Below are positions 56,736-64,000 of a stretch of DNA of 64,000 bases, piece by piece. The DNA is from Eledone cirrhosa. Lineage: Eukaryota. Under the pieces are notes generated by a model. The model did not search any database. It was given only the letters and a program-made list of their open reading frames with translations, and was not told the DNA's origin. The translations under genes and the position numbers were made by a program. The DNA lies in NCBI GenBank assembly GCA_964016885.1, contig OZ024742.1, positions 354,020,001 to 354,084,000 on the forward strand, read 5' to 3'. Numbering within the stretch: the first letter of the stretch is position 1; every line of letters begins with the position of its first letter.

Positions 56736-57589
56736 TTTGAAGAACAGAAACACATAGATCAGAAAACACACTGTTTATTTCGGGGGATACGTTCTGTTTA
56801 ATCAAAAATCCGACTAATTATTATGCAATCATCTCTGTGGCTGAAGATGTGAAAGGAGCATATATATTTTTTTATATTTCCCCAATACAATTTTTCTTTT
56901 TTTATATGTTGGTCGATTGTGGCTAAATTTCAGATTTTGAAAGGAAAATGGACAGTTGAAATATCACATTTCTCTCCCACCACCACATTCACAACCACTT
57001 CCTCACACATTCACACCAGTAAATACCCAATCTGTTTTTAGACTATTGTCACTGACTGCTACCGACCTAACTTGTCAGTGTCTAATTTGTGGGTATATAT
57101 ATGTGTGTATATACATACTTGTGTATAAGTGTGCACGTGTGAATGTATATTTATGTATGTGTTTGAAGCCTACATAAAGGACAAAATAAAGGGGAGAAAA
57201 AGAATACTAGCACCCCATTTACACCTCAAACTCAATATAGACAGAAAATAACATCGGAAAAGCAATTCCTATAAGCTACAATGTCACCGTACCCACTACC
57301 ACTCCCTGCACCCCCACCCCCATCATTAATCTCGCTGCCACCACCACCAACACTAATCACACCACAATAACAGTTGAACAAAATCTCGTACACCTCTTAC
57401 AGCTGCAACCATAACACACTCACCTCAATCAACAACAGCAATGACCATAAATATACTGTTATATTAGTAAGAATGATCTCAGTGCCAGCCAGCAAATGCT
57501 GTATCCAAAGAGACGGGCAACTTTCCATATACCTCCAATACCATGTGTAACGCAAGCATGTACTGCGAGATGAATCAATACAAATGAAT

Positions 57590-59377
57590 ACACAACACCA
57601 AATCGCTTTTCCTATGGTTAATCAGGAAGCGCGTCCCTCAGAGAGGTGCCAACCTGAGATAAAAAAAACTCCTCCTCTGGCACAAACTCTTCTCCAATTA
57701 TGGGCCTGGATGGTGACTTGATCGGGGATTGCCTCAACTCGAGCCCTGCAGATCCACCACCCAAACCCCCTCAAAAAGAAAAACCCTAAAATTATGAAAT
57801 TGTCCCGACAAGAGTATAAAGAAGTAATATATGCATATTACTATGCATTAGATAAGACATCACATGACAGACACGCTTTAAACTCCTCCAAAATCTGGAA
57901 AACTCGGAATCAAGCTAACAGAAGTGATAGGGATAGAAATAAGTTGGCAAATGTAAGGAGGTTTATCTTCAGAAATAATAGACTCACAGACACAGAACTA
58001 ACTGCAATCAAGCAGGCTGTGGATAATGACATAAATATAAATGATGAAAGAACTGAAGGTTTGTAGATATGAGCAGCCCTATTGAACCCTTTGCAAATAG
58101 CCAGGAGAGGGACTTAGAAACGGTAATTGAAAACCAAACATCTGCTGAAGAACACAGGGAGACTATGAAGGAATTCAAGCACAAAAATACTGAATGAGCT
58201 TGCAGTAGTAAGACATTCTAGTATAAATGATAGAGAACCACTTCAAAAAATTACAAATACCATCCAAAATAGAAACCAAATAGTGATTGGTAACTCTGTG
58301 ACAAAACAAATCATAGAATAACTAGAACCTGTTCTTACTGAGTTAAATGAAATCATTTATGCATCAGATTAACGTAATGAGAGGAGAAATATCTTTATTG
58401 TCTTTAACCGCTGGAAATGATAGAAGATCCAAGAAGGTAAGAAAGCTAAAGAGAAAATATGGACTGTCTTCTAGAGAAGCAATAGTTTCAACAAAAGAAT
58501 CTCTGAAACAAAAAGTAAAAGTAAAAGCCCAACGAATTCGTAGATTCGAGAAGCGAAACAACTCTACAGGCAAAATAAGTTGTTCCCATCCAAGCCAAGT
58601 CATTTTATAGAGAAGTAGGGAAGAAAAAAATAATTATTGAAGACCTTAGAAGAAGTCCATAGAAGAAGTTGAAACCTTCTGGAGTAAGATTTGGAGTGAT
58701 GAGAAGACATATAATGCTAATGTAGATTGGATTAGTCGCCTGGAAAAATCCTACACAAATTTAGAAGAACATACGTGGGGTGACATCTCTATAGCGGACT
58801 TAAGGACAGCACTCAATAAATCTCATAAATGGAAATCTCCTGGTAGAGACGGGGTGCCAAATTTCTGGCTTTCCTCACATCCGTGCACTCACAATATATT
58901 GGTCAAGCTGTTTAATGGAATTAAGAAACATCCAAAAAATACAACTGATTGGATAGCAAGTGGCATTAACTAGCTTCTTCCAAAGAACAACGAAACCAAA
59001 GATCCAAAAAACTATCGGCCCATAACCTTCTTGTACACCACTTATAAACTATTAAACTCTATTCTCATGGAAAGCCATACATGTTTTTGGAGGAGAACAA
59101 TATTTTCCCCATTGAACAAAAAGGGTACCGACAAGGTTAATATGGTTGCAAAGATCAACTTTTGATTAATCGTATTATCCTTGAGAACTGCCACAATGAA
59201 CACAGACATATCAGTTCAGCATGGATCGATTATAAAAAAGCCTTTGACAGCATACCGCACTCATGGATTCTGAAATCACTGGTCATCTTCAAAATCTCAC
59301 CTGTGGTCTCAAACTTCCTGAAACAGAATATGTCAATATGGAACACAAATCTCCAATTGTCTCATTCCACTGGCAAG
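57590..59377 (+). mobile_element. R4/Dong-like LINE (family C), degenerate, 3' half lost
   Basis: SRQEYKEVIYAYY, LKQKVKVKAQRIRRFEKR, WKSPGRDG, WIDYKKAFDSIPHSW. Confidence 0.82.
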
Positions 59378-62300
59378 TGTTGACAGCAGATGGACTGCCT
59401 GACCACCGGAGTTCGTCCGTTCCACAAAAGGCGAAAGAGCAAACACTCCAACGCAGTCAGGCGGGGCTTAGGACAAGGTACGACGGACAGGCGGTAGTAG
59501 ATGGAGGACGCGATATACGCGGTAGCCACCTCCGCTTGACCTTTCAGGGATAGCTTCCTCTCCGCCCATTTCTGGGTAAGAGAACCCACCCTGCTCGTCA
59601 CGTCGTCTCAGTTTTTGTTCGTCTGGAGGTCCGGACGGAACCAAACCCCTAGCAACTTAACCGGTCCGTCCGTCCAGCGCCCGACGACGCTGTTGGACGG
59701 CATGGACCTGCCTCTCGAGGTGCCGAGCTGCAGGACCACTGACTTATCCTGGTTAATCATTGCTCCTGTCACCGCTTCGTATTTTTTAGTGTAGTGCCGA
59801 TCGCCTCGATGTGTTTGGCATTCGTCACCATTACGGTGACATCGTCCGCATATGCTGACACGGATCACCCGCATCCTAGTTCGCGCGGGATCCCCCTCAA
59901 CGTCTCCAGTTTGTGCAGTAATGGCTTGAGAGTCAATATGTACAAGAGGGACGAGAGGGGACATACTTGGCGGACCGAGCGCATGATGTTGAACGGTCCC
60001 GGAAGGTGACCGTTCAGTCTCACCACAGAGCGGATGTCGCTGTGAATGGCAGCGATCCAGCCTCTTAAGACGGGCCCAAAACCAGCCGCCCTCAGGACTG
60101 CCGCTAGGTAACGATGGTCGATCCTATCGAAAGATTTCGACTGATCTAAATTGATCAAGGACCCACCCGTGTCAGGTTCCCTAGCTACACTCTCTACGAT
60201 GTATGGCATGAAGTGGAGGTTGTCGTGGATGGATCTGATGGGAATGGCACATCTGCGCCTCTTCCACCAGACCACCAACGACAAGCGCCTTCATCTTTGC
60301 TAGCACCTTGGCCAAAATCTTGAACTCTGTGTTTAGCAGAGTTATAGGCTTAAAATTATCTGTGTTATCCCCCTTTTCGGATCCTTTCTCAGCAGCGTCA
60401 CAGCTCCTCGGCTCACAGAGCTGGGAATTCTCCCGTTCTGTTGCCAGTTGCAGTAGAATTTCGCCAAGAAGCCTCCGAACAAATCTGGCATCTGTACGTA
60501 AAGTTCATAGGTCAGACCATCCAAACCAGGCGATTTACACCTTGTGCAGCCAGTAATTGCCTCCCGTACTTTAGCGGCTGTTATCGGCTTTTCGCAACAC
60601 TCCGTTCAGTGGCCCAGAGTCGCGGCAATCCGTCGAGGTAGACACTAAAGTTCATCTCTCGATCCGGCCAGCCGCTGGCCCCGAACAGCTGTGCGAAGCG
60701 TCGCTGAAAAGCTTCACACATTTTCCCGGGATCGTGTAGTATGCGCCCTTCGTGGTCCAACAAAGACCGGATCGTGGCCTTGTTGCCACGACGCGTCTCC
60801 CCACTCGGGCCCATTGAACGGCTTTCGTCCCCTCGTGTCTGAGAGCACGCACCCTAGATCTGACAACGCAGCCTTAGTGCTTAGCATTGAAGTATTGCCA
60901 AGGGCCAATTTCACCGCAAGTACGTCGGTCGCGATGCCTTTGCTAAGCGCCTCGTCTAATTTTCTAACTAATTCTCCCTCTGCTCTATTGTTCTCTATTG
61001 CTAAAGCCTTAGTAAACCTAATGGACTTTATTCTAATTGCTATTTTCAGAGCAAACCACTACTTGTTGTTGACGATGGCCCGCGTCAACGCCCGCATAAC
61101 TAGTTCGCTAATCCGACCTCTGTAGCCCTTGCTTGCTGGTAAGGACGCGTTTAGCTTCCAGTAGCCGGGTCCTCGTCTATGAAGCCTATCTAAGACAAGC
61201 ACACAGATCACGAATTTGTGTTCCGTGTAGCTGTTGTGTAGTCTTTTTCTGTGATGCTGGTGTTGTGTTGGATGTAGTGTAATAATTGGTTGTTGTTCAA
61301 ATTTAATGCTGTGTAGTGTGTATCGTTTTGGTTGTTTTGTTTTGTTTGCTTTTGTTGTGGGTTTGTTTCTGTTTCGCTTGTTGGTGACTTTTGTGGTGTT
61401 GGTGATGGTGGTGTTGTGGTTAATGATGGTGATGGTGTTGGTGTTTGTGGTGATGGGGTTGGTGATGCTGGTGTGGATGGTGGCATGTCTGTCCTAACTT
61501 TTTTGTTTGATAGTTTATTTGTTTCCTTCTGTATTTTGTTTTTGGAGGGGGAAGGAAGAGGATTTCTTTCTTTTTTGGTTTCTTTTTCTTTTTTTCTTTT
61601 TTCCTGATACCGTTTCCCACTCCTCGTCGTCACAATATGTTTACAGCAGCGATAGGTGGGGGAGTGGAAAATCCTCCACAGGCGTTGGTTTTCGTTGTGG
61701 CGTGGTGGATGGTGTAGACGCTGGTGCTAGTTATGGTGCGTTGGGTGGTGGTGGTGTTGGTTTTGCTATTGTTGATGGGGTCGTTGCTGACCATGTTCCC
61801 ATCTTCCTTTACCATTTTTTTGGCTTCTTCTAATTCCTCCTGAGTTACCTGGAATGCTTCGCACTTCTTTGCTACTCTGGCAAAAGACGGTGGTTTTCTT
61901 AATTTCATTGTTGCTGTTGTTATTATCGTTATTTTTGTTATTGTTCATTTTAGTTTCAGTTGTGGTGGTGGTGGCGTCAGTGGTGTTCGTTGTGGAAGAG
62001 TTCATTTTGGGTGAGCTCATTTCGATATCACGAGATAATTTATTTTTTTCTTTTGTTTCTGTTGTCGCTGTGGTGGTGGCTTCAACACCTGCACTTGGTA
62101 ATGGCGCGAAATGAATGTCTGCCTGAGACAAATTTAAAATATTGCTACTGCTTATATTTTTAGTTTTGGCAAACGTAGAAATATTTACAATGGTGGTGTC
62201 GGTGTGAGGTGTTAGTTTGTGAGGAAGATGTGACCCTGAGTCGTCCATGGTTTTTTCAAAGAAAATGTTTTGTTTGATAATTATAAAAGTTTAAATTTTG

Positions 62301-62448
62301 GGCTCAAGGCCGCAATCTTTTTGAGTCTCCTTTTCAGATAACAATGTATGTGCACGTATATACAGTTAACAATAACATTTTTCCATAAATGGCAATTTTA
62401 AACAACTTTGCGGAGCTCACGATGATACGATTTACTACGTAGGTCGCC
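59378..62448 (-). mobile_element. Second Tx1-like copy: divergent 5' UTR/ORF1, deleted APE domain, partial ORF2
   Basis: 59378-61233 aligns closely with 2776-4627. ORF1 remnants SFARVAKK..EELEEAKKMV and YTALN..HYIQHNT. (TAA)n at the 5' flank. Confidence 0.9.
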
Positions 62449-62630
62449 AATAATAATAATAATAATAATAATATTAATAATAATAAAAATATAAATAATA
62501 ATAATAATAATTGTTTCTCCTTGTTGGTACAATGCCAGCAATTAACTATGTGCGTTACTGGTACTTTATTTTATAACCCCTGTAATGGTGAGAGGGAAAG
62601 CTACCTCAGAAGAAGAAGAAGAAGAATTTA

Positions 62631-62823
62631 ATAATTATTTCTACTTTTGGCACAAGGCCAGCAATTATCCCAGTGCATTACTGGTACTTTATTTTATCGA
62701 GCCCGTAAGGATGAAAGGCAAAGTTAACCTCGGCGGGATTTGAACTCAGATCATACAGTGCCATAATTATATGCTGCAAAGCATGTCGGGCGACCCTCTA
62801 CCGATACTGCCAATCTACCGCCC
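62631..62823 (-). mobile_element. MetaSINE-like SINE with TSD gaagaagaatttaata, adjacent to an older partial copy (62508-62606)
   Basis: Full head-body-tail with duplicated flank on both sides. Confidence 0.88.
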
Positions 62824-64000
62824 GAAGAAGAATTTAATATTACAGTATGGGAAGAAAGTAGAAAAGTTAAACCATAACTGGATTGTAAACAAGATCAACA
62901 ACGGCAAAGGCGAAGAGGTATAGTGAGAGTTATTGAAAAACGCAAAGTAGCATAGAATGTTTAATATTGAAGAAGAACGTGTTTTAAATTTCAAAAGAAA
63001 TCTAATTTCAACAGGTGAATGCTCGGAGATTACGATATTTGGAATGGAAAATCGATTAAAACAATTCAAAATAAAACAATTTGAAAAGATAACCCCAGTA
63101 TTTCCAAGGGTTTAATGGTCAAACCAATAAAATAACAAAATAAATCTAGCAATGAAAAAAACAGAAATATCCCTGGAGAAATATGGGAAGTAGAAACATA
63201 TAAGAAATAATTTCATCCAGAGAATATAACAACAAACTATATGATCCTAAAAAATGAATAGAAGAAGATGCAACTGAAAATTACTGTTTAGATTAAATTC
63301 CAAAATGTTTGGTTAAAACACATACAAGACCTTTGCGAAAGAGTACAGCTACACAACTACATCCGAGCTACTTGAAATACACGCAAGGTTTTAGTTGTAC
63401 AAGAACAGAGTGCATGAGTGACGGTGTCGGTGAAATCCTGGTCTCACAAATATTTAACATATACAGGTCTCACTCCTTTGCTCCGATCTCAGTGTTTTCC
63501 ACTTTGATCATGATGAACTCAAACTTGTTTTTGAAAGTCCTCTTTCTCATCGCGTCCACAAGAGTGTCAGCTACAAACTGTGGCTAGTTTTGGGCCTGCA
63601 GCGGTGTTCCAGCAGGGGACATATCAGGAGGTGCTGCGTAGTCTGTGGTATTAATATCTAGAGGAAAAGAATCGCAAAAAATAATGGAAATGCATTCGTT
63701 ATGTTTATATCGAAAACAAATTATATTCGTTTCGATTTGTTTCAAGCAAAGAGCTTCGTTAGGCTTTGTTCTAGCGGTGACAGGGACAAACAAGTGGCAA
63801 CAATATTGTTTCGGAGTTGTTGCCATTTGTTAAGATTGTATATCTCTCTGTGAATCCTAGTACAAAAGGATGATGATGGTTATTTAAAAGACTTAGCGTT
63901 TGAAGATGGTTGCTTGCAAACGAATCAAATATCCTTACTCGATATAAATCTTACGAATGCGTTTATGTATCCGCTATGTTAGAGCGGATACATAGATAAT

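Overview
Eukaryotic, AT-rich, gene-poor DNA. It is probably from an octopod cephalopod, inferred only from the tRNA-derived MetaSINE-type repeats and the TA/TAA microsatellite load. No host gene is recognisable and the window is a nest of retroelements sorted by microsatellite. (TAA)n tracts hold three families of R4/Dong-like RLE LINEs, an L1/Tx1-like two-ORF LINE and SINEs. (TA)n tracts hold Penelope-like elements (one Neptune-like, one Naiad-like) and many non-coding units carrying type I hammerhead ribozyme (HHR) motifs with palindromic stem III. These HHR units form exact fold-back palindromes, kb-scale inverted repeats and one highly structured ~470-nt direct-repeat unit that looks like a circular-RNA retrozyme. 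A second notable signal is that the main Dong family appears to carry a 5' end related to the Tx1 family. All alignments and folds were done by eye, so boundaries are approximate unless a motif is quoted.
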